A DNA stretch of 64,000 nt from Escherichia coli (GTDB lineage Bacteria > Pseudomonadota > Gammaproteobacteria > Enterobacterales > Enterobacteriaceae). The stretch lies in assembly GCF_044324785.1 (NCBI RefSeq), contig NZ_CP172127.1. One strand, 5' to 3'. Positions 30,929-44,664 of the stretch are shown here, in pieces. The stretch's first letter is position 1, and the number at the start of each line of letters is the position of its first letter. A program made the position numbers and the translations under genes. The notes below the pieces were generated by a model. The model was given only the letters and a program-made list of their open reading frames with translations, did not search any database and was not told the origin of the DNA.

Positions 30929-33388
30929 ATGGACACCGTGAATATTTATCGACTCTCTTTTATATCCTGCCTGGTCATGGCGATACCTTCCGCATTGGCG
31001 GTCGAATTCAACCTGAATGTCCTCGATAAATCGATGCGAGATCGCATTGATATTTCATTATTAAAGGAAAAAGGGGGCATTGCTCCCGGTGAATATTTTG
31101 TTAGCGTTGCAGTAAATAACAACCAAATCAGTAACGGACAAAAAATTGACTGGAAAAAGAACGGTGACCAAACCATTCCATGCATCAATGATTCACTGGT
31201 CGATAAATTTGGTTTAAAACCAGATATCCGTCAGTCCTTGCCACAGATAGATCGGTGTATTGATTTCAGTTCCCGACCTGAAATGCTCTTCAATTTCGAT
31301 CAAGCCAATCAGCAACTGAATATTAGTATTCCGCAAGCCTGGCTGGCGTGGCACTCAGAAAACTGGGCTCCCCCCTCTACATGGAAAGAAGGTGTTGCCG
31401 GTGTCCTGATGGATTACAACTTGTTTGCCAGCAGCTACCGCCCACAGGACGGCAGCAGCAGCACTAATCTGAATGCCTACGGTACCGCCGGAATTAACGC
31501 CGGGGCATGGCGCTTACGCAGTGATTACCAGCTTAATAAGACTGATAGCGAAGATAACCATGACCAGTCAGGCGGAATATCGCGCACCTATCTTTTTCGT
31601 CCATTACCGCAATTAGGCTCTAAGTTAACCCTCGGCGAAACCGATTTCAGTTCCAATATTTTCGATGGTTTTTCTTATACCGGCGCGGCACTGGCGAGTG
31701 ACGATCGAATGTTACCGTGGGAGCTGCGTGGCTACGCCCCACAAATTAGCGGTATTGCACAGACCAATGCCACGGTGACGATCAGTCAATCAGGCCGCGT
31801 CATTTACCAGAAAAAAGTCCCGCCAGGCCCGTTTATTATTGATGACCTCAATCAGTCTGTTCAGGGCACGCTGGATGTCAAAGTGACGGAAGAAGATGGT
31901 CGGGTGAACAATTTCCAGGTTTCGGCAGCATCGACACCCTTCCTTACGCGCCAGGGGCAGGTTCGCTATAAATTGACCGCGGGTCAGCCACGGCCCTCCA
32001 TGTCACATCAAACTGAAAATGAAACCTTTTTTAGCAATGAAGTTTCCTGGGGGATGCTGTCAAATACCTCACTGTACGGCGGCCTGCTGATTTCGGGTGA
32101 CGACTACCATTCTGCCGCAATGGGTATCGGGCAAAATATGCTCTGGCTTGGTGCATTGTCGTTTGATGTCACCTGGGCCAGTAGTCAGTTTGATACTCAG
32201 CAGGACGAGCGGGGCTTAAGTTACCGCTTTAATTACAGCAAACAAGTGGATGCCACTAACAGCACGATTTCGCTCGCCGCTTATCGCTTTTCAGATCGTC
32301 ATTTTCACAGCTACGCCAACTATCTGGATCACAAATACAACGACAACGATGCGCAGGACGAAAAACAGACGATCAGCTTATCCGTGGGGCAACCGATTAC
32401 CCCACTGAACCTCAATCTGTACGCCAACCTGCTGCATCAAACCTGGTGGAATGCAGACGCCTCCACGACCGCCAACATCACGGCGGGTTTTAATGTTGAT
32501 ATTGGTAACTGGAGAGATATCTCGATCTCGACGTCATTCAATACAACCCATTACGAAGATAAAGATCGCGACAATCAGATTTACCTGTCGATTTCGCTCC
32601 CCTTCGGTAACGGGGGGCGGGTCGGTTATGACATGCAAAACAGTAATCACAGCACCACGCACCGCATGTCGTGGAATGATACGTTAGATGAACGTAATAG
32701 CTGGGGCATGTCTACCGGACTGCAATCCGACCGTCCGGATAATGGAGCCCAGGTGAGCGGTAACTATCAGCACCTGAGTTCAGCGGGTGAGTGGGATATT
32801 TCTGGTACCTATGCCGCCAATGATTACAGTTCCGTCAGCAGCAGCTGGAGCGGTTCTTTCACGGCAACTCAATATGGTGCGGCGTTCCATCGTCGCAGCT
32901 CCACCAATGAACCACGTCTGATGGTCAGTACCGATGGCGTGGCAGATATTCCGGTTCAGGGCAATCTCGACTACACCAACCATTTTGGCATTGCGGTGGT
33001 GCCGTTGATTTCCAGTTACCAGCCTTCCACCGTGGCGGTGAACATGAATGACTTACCCGACGGCGTAACAGTGGCAGAAAACGTTATCAAAGAAACGTGG
33101 ATAGAAGGCGCGATAGGTTACAAATCACTGGCTTCCCGTTCCGGTAAAGACGTTAACGTCATCATACGCAACGCCAGCGGTCAGTACCCTCCCCTCGGTG
33201 CGGATATCCGCCAGGATGACAGCGGCATTAGCGTGGGTATGGTTGGCGAGGAAGGACATGCCTGGTTAAGCGGAGTCGCTGAAAATCAACAATTTACCGT
33301 GGTCTGGGGTGATAGCCAGCATTGCTCGATCCATCTCCCTGAACATATGGAAGACACCGCAAATCGCCTGATTTTACCTTGTCATTAA
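30929..33388 (+). CDS. ybgQ: Fimbrial outer-membrane usher
   Basis: About 819 aa usher-sized ORF; start placed at MDTVNIYRLSF... Confidence 0.9.
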   Translation: MDTVNIYRLSFISCLVMAIPSALAVEFNLNVLDKSMRDRIDISLLKEKGGIAPGEYFVSVAVNNNQISNGQKIDWKKNGDQTIPCINDSLVDKFGLKPDIRQSLPQIDRCIDFSSRPEMLFNFDQANQQLNISIPQAWLAWHSENWAPPSTWKEGVAGVLMDYNLFASSYRPQDGSSSTNLNAYGTAGINAGAWRLRSDYQLNKTDSEDNHDQSGGISRTYLFRPLPQLGSKLTLGETDFSSNIFDGFSYTGAALASDDRMLPWELRGYAPQISGIAQTNATVTISQSGRVIYQKKVPPGPFIIDDLNQSVQGTLDVKVTEEDGRVNNFQVSAASTPFLTRQGQVRYKLTAGQPRPSMSHQTENETFFSNEVSWGMLSNTSLYGGLLISGDDYHSAAMGIGQNMLWLGALSFDVTWASSQFDTQQDERGLSYRFNYSKQVDATNSTISLAAYRFSDRHFHSYANYLDHKYNDNDAQDEKQTISLSVGQPITPLNLNLYANLLHQTWWNADASTTANITAGFNVDIGNWRDISISTSFNTTHYEDKDRDNQIYLSISLPFGNGGRVGYDMQNSNHSTTHRMSWNDTLDERNSWGMSTGLQSDRPDNGAQVSGNYQHLSSAGEWDISGTYAANDYSSVSSSWSGSFTATQYGAAFHRRSSTNEPRLMVSTDGVADIPVQGNLDYTNHFGIAVVPLISSYQPSTVAVNMNDLPDGVTVAENVIKETWIEGAIGYKSLASRSGKDVNVIIRNASGQYPPLGADIRQDDSGISVGMVGEEGHAWLSGVAENQQFTVVWGDSQHCSIHLPEHMEDTANRLILPCH

Positions 33389-33402
33389 TTAAGGAAATGA
33401 AA

Positions 33403-34134
33403 ATGACATTTATGAAAGGACTACCCCTTTTGTTGTTGGTTGCCAGTCTGTGCAGCCACGCTGCACTACAACCCGATCGCACTCGTATTGTGTTTAACGC
33501 TAATGATAAAGCCACCAGCCTGCGAGTGGATAATCGTAGCGATAAACTCCCCTACCTCGCTTATTCCTGGCTCGAAAATGAAAAAGGGGAGAAAAGCGAT
33601 GATCTTCTGGTTGCCCTGCCACCGATACAACGTCTGGAACCGAAAGCAACAACGCAGGTACGGATAGTAAAGCAAGCCTCGACCACAAAATTACCGGGCG
33701 ATCGCGAAACGCTATTTTTCTACAATATGCGTGAAATTCCTCCCGCCCCGGAAAAAAATAGCGACCATGCCGTTCTGCAAGTCGCTATCCAGAGTCGTAT
33801 CAAGGTGTTCTGGAGACCGTCCGCGTTACGCAAGAAAGCAGGAGAAAAAGTCGAGCTACAGTTACAAGTCAGCCAGCAGGGCAATCAACTTAACTTAAAA
33901 AACCCGACCGGCTATTACCTGACAATCGCCTACCTGGGCCGAAATGAACAAGGCGTTCTCCCCGGCTTCAAAACCGTGATGGTTGCGCCTTTTAGTACGA
34001 TCAACACAAACACCGGAAGTTATAGCGGCAGGCAGTTTTATCTCGGTTATATGGATGATTACGGCGCGTTACGCATGACGACGCTCAATTGCAACGGACA
34101 TTGCCGTTTACAAGCAGTGGAGGCGAAGAAATGA
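33403..34134 (+). CDS. ybgP: Fimbrial periplasmic chaperone
   Basis: About 243 aa with signal peptide; start at the ATG preceded by AAGGA (ORF-track frame opens at a TTG at 33379). Confidence 0.88.
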   Translation: MTFMKGLPLLLLVASLCSHAALQPDRTRIVFNANDKATSLRVDNRSDKLPYLAYSWLENEKGEKSDDLLVALPPIQRLEPKATTQVRIVKQASTTKLPGDRETLFFYNMREIPPAPEKNSDHAVLQVAIQSRIKVFWRPSALRKKAGEKVELQLQVSQQGNQLNLKNPTGYYLTIAYLGRNEQGVLPGFKTVMVAPFSTINTNTGSYSGRQFYLGYMDDYGALRMTTLNCNGHCRLQAVEAKK

Positions 34135-35192
34135 GTGCTGGCAAGGGAGTGTTGCTCGTCATCTGTCTGGTATTTCTGCCGTTGAAGTCTGCGCTTGCCC
34201 TGAACTGCTACTTTGGTTCATCCGGTGGTTCGGTAGAAAAATCAGAAGTGATTCAACCTTTTGCTGTACCAGGCAATGCCAAACCCGGCGATAAGATTTG
34301 GGAATCTGACGATATTAAAATTCCCGTCTATTGTGACAACAATACCAACGGCAACTTTGAAAGTGAGCATGTCTACGCCTGGGTAAACCCCTACCCGGGG
34401 GTGCAGGATCGCTATTATCAACTCGGCGTAACTTACAATGGCGTTGATTATGACGCCAACCAGGGAAAAAGCCGCATCGACACTAACCAGTGTATCGACA
34501 GTAAGAACATTGACATTTATACCCCTGAGCAGATCATCGCGATGGGATGGCAGAACAAAATTTGCTCGGGCGATCCCGCTAATATTCATATGTCGCGTAC
34601 CTTTCTCGCTCGCATGCGGTTATACGTCAAAATACGAGAAATGCCTCCGCATGATTATCAAAGTACGCTTAGCGACTATATCGTCGTGCAATTTGATGGT
34701 GCCGGTAGCGTTAACGAAGACCCTACCGCCCAAAACCTGAAATACCATATTACTGGTCTGGAAAACATTCGTGTACTGGATTGCAGCGTCAATTTTTCTA
34801 TTTCACCAGAAACACAGGTGATTGATTTTGGTAAATTTAACCTGCTGGATATTCGCCGCCACACAATGTCGAAAACATTCAGTATTAAGACGACAAAATC
34901 ACAAAATGACCAGTGCACCGACGGATTTAAGGTCAGCTCTTCGTTTTATACCGAAGAAACATTGATTGAAGAGGATAAAGCACTGCTGATTGGTAATGGA
35001 CTGAAGCTCCGTTTGCTGGATGAAAATTCTTCACCCTATACTTTCAACAAATACAGCGAATATGCTGATTTCACCAGCGATATGTTGATCTACGAAAAAA
35101 CCTATACGGCTGAACTTTCGTCCATTCCAGGTACCCCCATCGAGGCTGGCCCCTTCGATACAGTGGTGCTTTTTAAGATTAACTATAACTGA
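34131..35192 (+). CDS. ybgO: Fimbrial adhesin-like subunit
   Basis: 353 aa; ATGA overlap with the ybgP stop; signal peptide [23 protein letters not shown]. Confidence 0.88.
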   Translation: MSAGKGVLLVICLVFLPLKSALALNCYFGSSGGSVEKSEVIQPFAVPGNAKPGDKIWESDDIKIPVYCDNNTNGNFESEHVYAWVNPYPGVQDRYYQLGVTYNGVDYDANQGKSRIDTNQCIDSKNIDIYTPEQIIAMGWQNKICSGDPANIHMSRTFLARMRLYVKIREMPPHDYQSTLSDYIVVQFDGAGSVNEDPTAQNLKYHITGLENIRVLDCSVNFSISPETQVIDFGKFNLLDIRRHTMSKTFSIKTTKSQNDQCTDGFKVSSSFYTEETLIEEDKALLIGNGLKLRLLDENSSPYTFNKYSEYADFTSDMLIYEKTYTAELSSIPGTPIEAGPFDTVVLFKINYN

Positions 35193-35343
35193 TTTGCCAT
35201 GGTGCCCTTTGCAGCCGGAAAGAGCATCTCTTTCAGAAAATTGCTGATTTTCCCCTTTTCCTTGATTGCTGTTATTTTTTCCTGGCCCGGCTTTCTTTAT
35301 GCTGTATCGATACACCAAAGAGAAAATAATGAGGGAGCGAAGG

Positions 35344-36390
35344 ATGCCAGTTTTGCAGTGGGGAATGTTATGTGTGCTATCACTTCTCCTTTCTATTGGT
35401 TTCCTCGCGGTACATCTCCCGGCGGCACTATTACTTGGGCCGATGATCGCCGGGATCATCTTTAGTATGCGCGGAATTACTCTGCAACTTCCTCGCTCCG
35501 CTTTTCTCGCCGCCCAGGCCATTCTTGGCTGCATGATTGCGCAAAACCTCACTGGTTCGATTCTCACCACGTTGGCCGCCAACTGGCCGATAGTGTTAGC
35601 CATTTTACTGGTGACGCTGCTTTCCAGCGCCATCGTGGGTTGGTTATTGGTGCGCTATAGCTCACTGCCTGGAAATACCGGTGCCTGGGGTTCTTCTCCT
35701 GGCGGCGCGGCGGCAATGGTCGCTATGGCGCAAGATTACGGCGCAGATATTCGCCTGGTGGCGTTTATGCAATATCTGCGAGTGCTGTTCGTCGCGGGGG
35801 CGGCTGTTCTGGTCACCCGCATGATGCTGGGCGATAACGCTGAAGCGGTTAACCAGCAGATCGTCTGGTTCCCGCCAGTGAGCATTAATCTCCTGCTTAC
35901 GATTTTGCTCGCGGTCGTTGCCGGTACGGCGGGATGCTTGCTACGTCTTCCTTCCGGCACAATGCTCATCCCGATGCTGGCGGGCGCAGTGCTCCAGTCT
36001 GGTCAGCTCATCACGATTGAACTCCCGGAATGGCTGCTGGCGATGGCGTATATGGCAATTGGCTGGAGGATTGGTCTTGGTTTCGATAAGCAAATCTTAC
36101 TGCGAGCATTGCGCCCACTGCCACAAATCTTGCTGTCGATTTTTGCTCTGCTGGCTATTTGTGCAGGTATGGCGTGGGGGCTGACCCGGTTTATGCATAT
36201 TGATTTTATGACCGCCTACCTCGCCACCAGTCCCGGCGGGCTTGATACCGTGGCGGTCATCGCCGCAGGGAGCAATGCCGATATGGCGCTTATTATGGCG
36301 ATGCAAACCCTGCGCCTGTTCAGTATTTTGCTGACGGGGCCAGCCATTGCGCGGTTTATTTCAACCTATGCGCCGAAGCGGTCGGCCTAG
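35344..36390 (+). CDS. abrB: AbrB-family putative membrane transporter/regulator
   Basis: 348 aa polytopic ORF starting [16 protein letters not shown]; AGG then ATG at 35344; the ORF-track frame extends upstream to 35266. Confidence 0.9.
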   Translation: MPVLQWGMLCVLSLLLSIGFLAVHLPAALLLGPMIAGIIFSMRGITLQLPRSAFLAAQAILGCMIAQNLTGSILTTLAANWPIVLAILLVTLLSSAIVGWLLVRYSSLPGNTGAWGSSPGGAAAMVAMAQDYGADIRLVAFMQYLRVLFVAGAAVLVTRMMLGDNAEAVNQQIVWFPPVSINLLLTILLAVVAGTAGCLLRLPSGTMLIPMLAGAVLQSGQLITIELPEWLLAMAYMAIGWRIGLGFDKQILLRALRPLPQILLSIFALLAICAGMAWGLTRFMHIDFMTAYLATSPGGLDTVAVIAAGSNADMALIMAMQTLRLFSILLTGPAIARFISTYAPKRSA

Positions 36391-37178
36391 TGCTGGCAGC
36401 CTGGACACCAGTAAAACGGGCGCGAGGACAGCGTAGTTTTCTCAATGATGCCGCCACAGCGTTCGCACGGTTCGCCATCACGATGAAAAACCTTAAAGCG
36501 AAACAGCGCCCCATGATATTTGTTTTCATCCACCTGCCCCCGCGTAGCGTAAGAAAGTCGCGGAATATCCAGTAACGCGTGTGCGAGTGCATCCAGTTGC
36601 GCCGCATTGAGATCTTTCGCTTTATGATTTCCGGTTAACCCCACCTGCCAGAGGATCTCCACCCGCAAATAATTGCCAAGTCCTGCCAGAAACGCCTGAT
36701 CGAGCAGTAATCCAGCAAACTGACGGTTACGAAAGCGCGGCGACAATAATCGTTCCTTTACCACCTCCGGCGTCAGATTCGGATCCAGCACATCGGGGCC
36801 GACTCGTTGTAAAAACGGATGCGTGGTCAGTTGTTCCGGGGTCAACATCTCAATATCCGAGGCGCTATAAAGCAGAATGGTTTTGTCAGCCGTTTGCAGT
36901 TTTACCCGCAATACTCGCGTGGTCTGCGGCTCTTCGCCGGTATCAACCACGCGCCAGACGCCGTAAAGCTGATTATGGCTGTAGAGCGTTAAACCGTTGG
37001 AAAAATGAGTTAACAACGCCTTACCTCGCGTTTCCACATGGGTAACGTGTTGACCGATAAGTTGTGATTGATAAGGTTCTAACTGCGGGAAGGCAAACCA
37101 GACATCAGTTAGTGGTTTGCCTTTGATCGCCGCCTCCAGGTTATCCGCTGCACGGCGGATCTCCGGGCCTTCAGGCAT
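36387..37178 (-). CDS. nei: Endonuclease VIII (DNA glycosylase/AP lyase)
   Basis: 263 aa starting [26 protein letters not shown] (Fpg/Nei N-terminal Pro) with C-terminal zinc finger CxxCxn...CPGCQ. Confidence 0.97.
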   Translation of the reverse strand: MPEGPEIRRAADNLEAAIKGKPLTDVWFAFPQLEPYQSQLIGQHVTHVETRGKALLTHFSNGLTLYSHNQLYGVWRVVDTGEEPQTTRVLRVKLQTADKTILLYSASDIEMLTPEQLTTHPFLQRVGPDVLDPNLTPEVVKERLLSPRFRNRQFAGLLLDQAFLAGLGNYLRVEILWQVGLTGNHKAKDLNAAQLDALAHALLDIPRLSYATRGQVDENKYHGALFRFKVFHRDGEPCERCGGIIEKTTLSSRPFYWCPGCQH

Positions 37179-37213
37179 GGTGATATCCTTTTTTCATTCT
37201 TTATTAAGCGGGG

Positions 37214-37948
37214 TTATGCTGCGACAACAATCCCCTTTTCGGCAAATGTAAAGCGTAGTCGGCGGGCGAATGCCAGTGCGTGTTCTCCATCGCCATGCAG
37301 GCAGACCGTTTGCGCCGTGACCGTTGCCCATTCGCCGTTGATACTTTTGACTCTGCCGTGTTGCACCATCTCCAACGTTTGCGCCAGCGCCTGTTCTTCG
37401 TCTTCAATCAGCGCTCCTGGCTGGCTTCGCGGCACCAGCGAGCCGTCAGCCTGATAACCGCGATCGGCGAACACTTCCTCGCGCGTTGTCAGGCCATATT
37501 GCTTGCCTGCACGAATCAGCTCGCTTCCCGCCAGCCCGACGAGAATCAATGCCGGATCGCAAGCGTATACCGCTCTGGCGATAGCGTCTGCCAGTTGTGC
37601 CTCTTTCGCCGCCTGGTTGTATAACATGCCGTGCGGTTTGACATGACGCATTACGCCGCCTTGCGCACGGGCAATCGCTGCCAGCGCGCCAATTTGATAC
37701 AGCGTCTGGGCGTAAACGGTTTCTGGCGGCAGCTGCATGGCGCTGCGACCAAAATTTTCCCTGTCGGGAAAACTCGGGTGAGCGCCAATCGCGACACCAT
37801 TTTTTATTGCTTCACGCACGCAAGCCTGCATGGTTTGCGCATTGCCTGCATGAAATCCACAAGCAATATTGGCAGAGGAAACCAGCGTTAATAGCTCTGC
37901 GTCGCTGGCGCAGCCTTCGCCCAGATCGGCGTTCAGGTCAATTTTCAT
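37214..37948 (-). CDS. pxpA: 5-Oxoprolinase subunit A (LamB/YcsF family)
   Basis: 244 aa ([20 protein letters not shown]...). Confidence 0.95.
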   Translation of the reverse strand: MKIDLNADLGEGCASDAELLTLVSSANIACGFHAGNAQTMQACVREAIKNGVAIGAHPSFPDRENFGRSAMQLPPETVYAQTLYQIGALAAIARAQGGVMRHVKPHGMLYNQAAKEAQLADAIARAVYACDPALILVGLAGSELIRAGKQYGLTTREEVFADRGYQADGSLVPRSQPGALIEDEEQALAQTLEMVQHGRVKSINGEWATVTAQTVCLHGDGEHALAFARRLRFTFAEKGIVVAA

Positions 37949-38870
37949 TGTGCAGCCGCCACGCTAATTGTTCGAAATAACGTTGCTGATCTTGCCGTGC
38001 TTTCAGTGCCTCTTCCAGTGAACACTGGACAAAATGAATCGGCTGACCGAGCGGAATTTGCGCCAGATGGTACATATCAGCCTCAATGATACAGGCAATA
38101 CGCGGATAACCACCGGTGGTCTGTGCGTCGTTCATCAATACAATCGGCTGGCCGTTATGCGGTACCTGCACCACACCCGGCAACAAACCGTGAGATAACA
38201 GTTCGCGATCGGTGGTACGTTTTAAAATTTGCCCCTGTAAGCGATAGCCCATTCGGTTACTTTGCGAGCTAAGCTGCCAGGGCGAACGCCAGAATGCATC
38301 CTGTGAGGCGCGATCGAACTCATGATATTCCGGCCCCGGCAAGGCGCGAATGCGGTTGCCCCACAGCAACTGTTTAACGCCCTGCGCTTCCATAAAATCA
38401 CGCTTCGCTTTGCCAATCGGGAGTCGGTCACCATCCTTCAGTAAACGGCCTTCCAGCCCGCCAATCCCCACTTTGAGATCGGTGCTGCATGACCCCATTA
38501 CCGGCGGAACATCAATACCACCCGCGACCGCCAGATAACTGCGCATCCCGTGCTGCGGGCGTTTAAGCGTTAAACGCTGGCCTGCTTTCATCGGCAATCG
38601 CCAGCCGGTCCAGACGGCGTTATCATCCAACCGCGCTTCGCAACCGGCCCCCGTCAGAGCAAACCACCCATCAGTTTCGAACTCAACCGTTAACTGACCG
38701 AGCGTGATCTCCAGCGCGGGGGCATTGGCGTCATTACCCACCAGTAGGTTAGCAATGCGTAACGCGGGCATATCCAGTGCGCCGCAGTGGCTGATACCCG
38801 ACTGGCGAAAACCGTGACGACCGCCATCCTGCACAGTGGTATACATGCCCGCACGAATAATCTTCAGCAT
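37938..38870 (-). CDS. pxpC: 5-Oxoprolinase subunit C
   Basis: 310 aa ORF overlapping pxpA and pxpB. Confidence 0.93.
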
Positions 38871-39520
38871 ACTCCCTCCTTCTGCGGTACAAAGCGCACG
38901 CTGTCTCCCGGACGTAATAAGATGGGTTCGTCACGCGCCGGATCAAACAGGCTGAGTGAGGTATGACCAATCAACTGCCAGCCACCCGGCGTTGCCAGCG
39001 GATAAACACCAGTCTGCGGCCCGCCGATCCCGACAGAACCTGCCGGAACGAGCAAGCGCGGTTCAGCGCGCCGTGGCGTGTGTAGTTGTTCCGGCAAACT
39101 CCCGAGATACGGGAAACCCGGCTGAAAGCCCAAAAACCAGACCACATATTCCACGGAGGAGTGCAGTTCAACGACCTGTTTTTCGCTCAACCCACAATGC
39201 GCCGCGACCACCGCCAAATCCGGTCCGCCTGCGCCACCGTAAACCACCGGAATTTCAATAAAACGAGACTCCGGCTCCAGCGCCTCACTCTCCTCCCACC
39301 AGCGTTGCAAACGCTCTATGGCATCCAGTGCCAGCGACTCAGGATTACGTAAAATCACCGTGATATTGTTCATGCCGGGAATGGCTTCAACCACATTCGG
39401 CATATCCACCAGACGCTGCGCCAGTCGCCAGATCCGTTTCTGGCTAGCCAGCGTCACCGGCGGTTCCAGCTCCAGCACTACCGCCGTTTCACCTATCAGA
39501 TAACAACGCGCTCGTTGCAC
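38864..39520 (-). CDS. pxpB: 5-Oxoprolinase subunit B
   Basis: 218 aa ORF. Confidence 0.93.
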
Positions 39521-39542
39521 TTTCGATCCCTCTGATTATTCG

Positions 39543-40286
39543 TTATGCAGGATTAGGAATATCAATAAAGGTCACATCAAGATCGGTATTTTCATTCAGC
39601 CACTCGCTCAATGCGCGAATACCACCGCGTTCAGTGGCATGGTGACCCGCAGCATAAAAATGCAATCCCTGCTCGCGGGCTGAATGAATGGTCTGTTCTG
39701 AAACTTCGCCAGTAATAAAAGCATCCACGCCAAAACGCGCGGCGCTATCGATAAAACTTTGCCCGCCGCCCGTGCACCAGGCAACGCGCTGGACCACCTC
39801 AGGTCCGGTATCGCCACACCATAACGGCTTACGTCCCAGACGCGCTTCAATCCAGGAGGCTAGTTCCAGTCCCGGCACAGGCATGGTCAGTTCGCCCCAC
39901 GGCACCAACGGCTCAATTTCGCCCATGACCGTGATCCCCAGTAACGCCGCCAGCTGTGCGTTATTGCCCAGCTCAGGATGTGCGTCAAGCGGCAAATGCC
40001 AGCCATACAGGTTGATATCATTTGCCAGCAACGTTTTTAAACGGTTACGCTTCATGCCGCGAATGACCGGAGATTCGCCTTTCCAGAAGTAGCCATGATG
40101 CACAATGACCGCATCCGCGCCCAGACGCACTGCCTCATCGAGCAAAGCCTGGCTGGCAGTGACACCGGTAACAATTTTTTGCACCGTCTCTTTGCCTTCC
40201 ACCTGCAAACCATTCGGCGCGTAATCACTAATCGCCGCGCTGTTCAGTTTTTCGTTAATCAGTTGTTCCAGTTCGGTGTTTTTCAT
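39543..40286 (-). CDS. ybgI: Nif3-family metal-binding protein
   Basis: 247 aa (MKNTELEQLINEKLNSAAISDYAPNGLQVEG...). Confidence 0.95.
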   Translation of the reverse strand: MKNTELEQLINEKLNSAAISDYAPNGLQVEGKETVQKIVTGVTASQALLDEAVRLGADAVIVHHGYFWKGESPVIRGMKRNRLKTLLANDINLYGWHLPLDAHPELGNNAQLAALLGITVMGEIEPLVPWGELTMPVPGLELASWIEARLGRKPLWCGDTGPEVVQRVAWCTGGGQSFIDSAARFGVDAFITGEVSEQTIHSAREQGLHFYAAGHHATERGGIRALSEWLNENTDLDVTFIDIPNPA

Positions 40287-40373
40287 CTTCGCGCCTTCCG
40301 TATTCTGATAGCTACACCGTTAACATAGCGTTACCTCGCCTGTTCGTCGATAGCCAATCTTTTGACATATTAA

Positions 40374-42038
<1,665 letters not shown>

Positions 42039-42053
42039 CAGGCCAGCACCGAT

Positions 42054-42086
42054 GCCTGATAAAACGCTCGCTGCGTTTTATCAGGC
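42054..42086. terminator. REP-like hairpin between convergent dtpD and phr
   Basis: GCCTGATAAAACGC...GCGTTTTATCAGGC perfect inverted repeat overlapping the phr stop. Confidence 0.5.
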
Positions 42087-43499
42087 TCCTTTCCTCGCTT
42101 CTTCGTACGCTGCCAGCGTTCGCAGCCTTGCCTCTTTGTGATCGACTATCGGTTGCGGATAATCCAGCGTCACACCTGCTTTCTCAGCCCACTTCCACGG
42201 CTCATGCACTGCTTTCCCCGGTACATTGCGCAACTCTGGTAGCCACCGGCGGATAAACTCGCCTTCGCGGTCAAATTTCTCGCCCTGGGTTGTCGGGTTA
42301 AAAATACGAAAATACGGCGCTGCATCGGTTCCGGTTGAAGCGGCCCACTGCCAGCCACCGTTATTGGCTGCCAAATCACCATCAATCAGCTGCGACATGA
42401 AATATCGCTCGCCTTCGCGCCAGTCGATCAATAAATCTTTCACCAAAAAACTGGCTGTAATCATCCGTAGCCGGTTATGCATCCAGCCAGTGCTGTTAAG
42501 CTGACGCATGGCAGCATCAACAATCGGGTATCCCGTTTTACCTTCTTGCCAGGCTTTAAAATGGGCGGGATTGCGCTGCCACTGCACACGATCCGTCCAG
42601 ACAATAAACGGACGATGTTTACACAGCGAAGGATAATACGTCATCAAATGGCGGTAGAACTCGCGCCAGATCAACTCATTAAGCCAGACACTACCGGCCC
42701 CATCTTCCAGCGCCTGCGGCTGTTCCGCCAACAGGCGATGCAGACACTGGCGAGGCGATAACCCGCCCGTTGCCAGGCTGGCGGACAAACGGCTGGTGCC
42801 TTCTACCGCAGGGAAATCTCGCTGTTGCTCGTACTCCCCTGCTCCGCTCTGGCAAAACTGGCGTAATTGCGCAATCGCCGCTTTCTCTTCCACCGGGAAA
42901 TGCGCAGTATCGAAAGGCTGACGAGGATAATTCAGCGTAATGGATGGCGCGGGAGCTATCGATCCGCTACTACGTACTTTTGGCGCAGCGACGCACTCCG
43001 GCATCCCTTCTCGCAGCCGTTTCAGCCAGGCGTTTTTAAATGGCGTAAAGACTTTGTACATCTCATGATTGCCAGTCATCACCGCCCCCGGCGGCAGGAT
43101 CACGCTGTCATCAAATCCTTCACACACCACGTTACGCAGCGCCCTCTCAGCCTGCACATCCCGCGCCCGCTCATTCACCTCATACTGATAGTTATAAAAC
43201 AGATGAGTAACGCGGTTTTCCGCGCACACCTGCTTAACTATTTCGACGCTGGCGGCAAAGTCATCCACTTCATGAAACAGCAAAGGAATGCCTTTTTCCG
43301 CCAGCGCGATTTGTAGCCCGTTCAGTTGAGCATTGATAAATTCAGCCTGACGCGGCGACATATTATGCGCCGCCCACTGGCGTGGTGTAGCGATATACAA
43401 CGCCAGCACACGTGCAGACGAATTGCGGCAGGCGGCAGCCAGTGCGAAATTATCGTGCAGACGTAAATCCTGGCGAAACCAGACCAGATGGGTAGTCAT
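42081..43499 (-). CDS. phr: Deoxyribodipyrimidine photolyase
   Basis: 472 aa (MTTHLVWFRQDLRLHDNFALAAA...), photolyase signature. Confidence 0.97.
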   Translation of the reverse strand: MTTHLVWFRQDLRLHDNFALAAACRNSSARVLALYIATPRQWAAHNMSPRQAEFINAQLNGLQIALAEKGIPLLFHEVDDFAASVEIVKQVCAENRVTHLFYNYQYEVNERARDVQAERALRNVVCEGFDDSVILPPGAVMTGNHEMYKVFTPFKNAWLKRLREGMPECVAAPKVRSSGSIAPAPSITLNYPRQPFDTAHFPVEEKAAIAQLRQFCQSGAGEYEQQRDFPAVEGTSRLSASLATGGLSPRQCLHRLLAEQPQALEDGAGSVWLNELIWREFYRHLMTYYPSLCKHRPFIVWTDRVQWQRNPAHFKAWQEGKTGYPIVDAAMRQLNSTGWMHNRLRMITASFLVKDLLIDWREGERYFMSQLIDGDLAANNGGWQWAASTGTDAAPYFRIFNPTTQGEKFDREGEFIRRWLPELRNVPGKAVHEPWKWAEKAGVTLDYPQPIVDHKEARLRTLAAYEEARKGA

Positions 43500-44005
43500 A
43501 AAACTCCTGAATGGCGCAAGTTAATCACACGCGGCCAAAGTTCGAAATAACGCTGCCCTGAAAGCCAGGCGTCAGGATAAAGCGCCATATAGTGTTTGAT
43601 ACGCATCAGCAGCGCAAGAAGCGGTTGCTCGCCTCGGCGATAACTGTCGATAAGCGCCGCCAGCTGCTGGCGTTCTGTGGAATCAATATGCGGGCGAAAA
43701 TAACCCTGAACGTGCATCAAAACGTTGGTGTGGTCACGTCGGTTGGCGGGGTGAGAAAGCAAAACAATTACGCGTTGGCGGTACTGGTTGTAATAGTCAT
43801 CCAGATTTTGCCACTGGTGAATATCAGCCACGAACGGGCCAAGTTTGCGGTATTCCGGCTGGGAATGAGCCAGAAAGACGAGTTTATAGCGGCTGTGATA
43901 ATCGAGAAGCGCCCCGCGCGTTAAGCCATGTTCTTTCAGTCGATGTAACTCATGAAGGGCGAAGATACGGATTAGGGTGCTGTCATCAAATCGTTGCTGA
44001 TTCAT
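43496..44005 (-). CDS. ybgA: DUF1722 protein YbgA
   Basis: 169 aa starting MNQQRFDDSTLIRIF with upstream GGAG; ATGA overlap with phr; the ORF track extends 37 codons upstream. Confidence 0.9.
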   Translation of the reverse strand: MNQQRFDDSTLIRIFALHELHRLKEHGLTRGALLDYHSRYKLVFLAHSQPEYRKLGPFVADIHQWQNLDDYYNQYRQRVIVLLSHPANRRDHTNVLMHVQGYFRPHIDSTERQQLAALIDSYRRGEQPLLALLMRIKHYMALYPDAWLSGQRYFELWPRVINLRHSGVL

Positions 44006-44289
44006 TACTGCTCCTGAGATATTAACAGGAGTAAGTGTAGACGATGGTAAATGAATTTTGTGGGGCAGAGTTTTTGCGGGGAAGTATTTTGTTGGTAAAA
44101 ATATTATCAACTTCATCTGAGCGAGAATTATTCTACTATTTTCCGAGCTGCATTCATTTTTTGTATTTTTTATTTTTAGAAAATAACAGTTCTCAAAGCT
44201 TAATCACCTCACTATTAATTGTATTTCAAACCAATAATCGCACTCCATTTTCTCTTTTTAAAAAATATAAACACTGTTAAAACAAATAT

Positions 44290-44664
44290 TTATTTCGTTA
44301 TCTTAAATGCTATTTCTACATCACTCGTCCTTATAATCAAATTATTCTTATTCATAGCTATTTTTGCAGGTTTAAAATAGCGGCTTTCACCAAAGTCAGC
44401 CATAAAAATTAGACTACAAGTTCTCCCAGCCTTTGCACATGAGAAAAACCACCCATCAACTCTATTTATTCCTGAACCTTTAACACCATAATAAATCAGA
44501 ATTTCTGGGTATTGTTCATCCTTCACGTTTTCATATTTTTGGTATTTAATTGAAAACCAAGAGTCTATACTGCCAACATCTTCAAAAAATATTGGAGCTG
44601 ATGTTTCCGCATGAACATATGCAGAAAATGCTAACAAAATGGCAATACTTAGTTTGGTAAACAT
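44290..44664 (-). CDS. Predicted secreted immunity protein for the orphan Rhs C-terminal toxin
   Basis: AT-rich ORF directly downstream of and overlapping the orphan toxin; N-terminal signal peptide [22 protein letters not shown]; start ambiguous (GTG at 44676 or ATG at 44664). Confidence 0.6.
   Translation of the reverse strand: MFTKLSIAILLAFSAYVHAETSAPIFFEDVGSIDSWFSIKYQKYENVKDEQYPEILIYYGVKGSGINRVDGWFFSCAKAGRTCSLIFMADFGESRYFKPAKIAMNKNNLIIRTSDVEIAFKITK

Noticed and set aside
44044-44280. 78 aa plus-strand ORF between ybgA and the Rhs immunity gene
   Set aside because: AT-rich intergenic DNA, low-complexity translation, no RBS.
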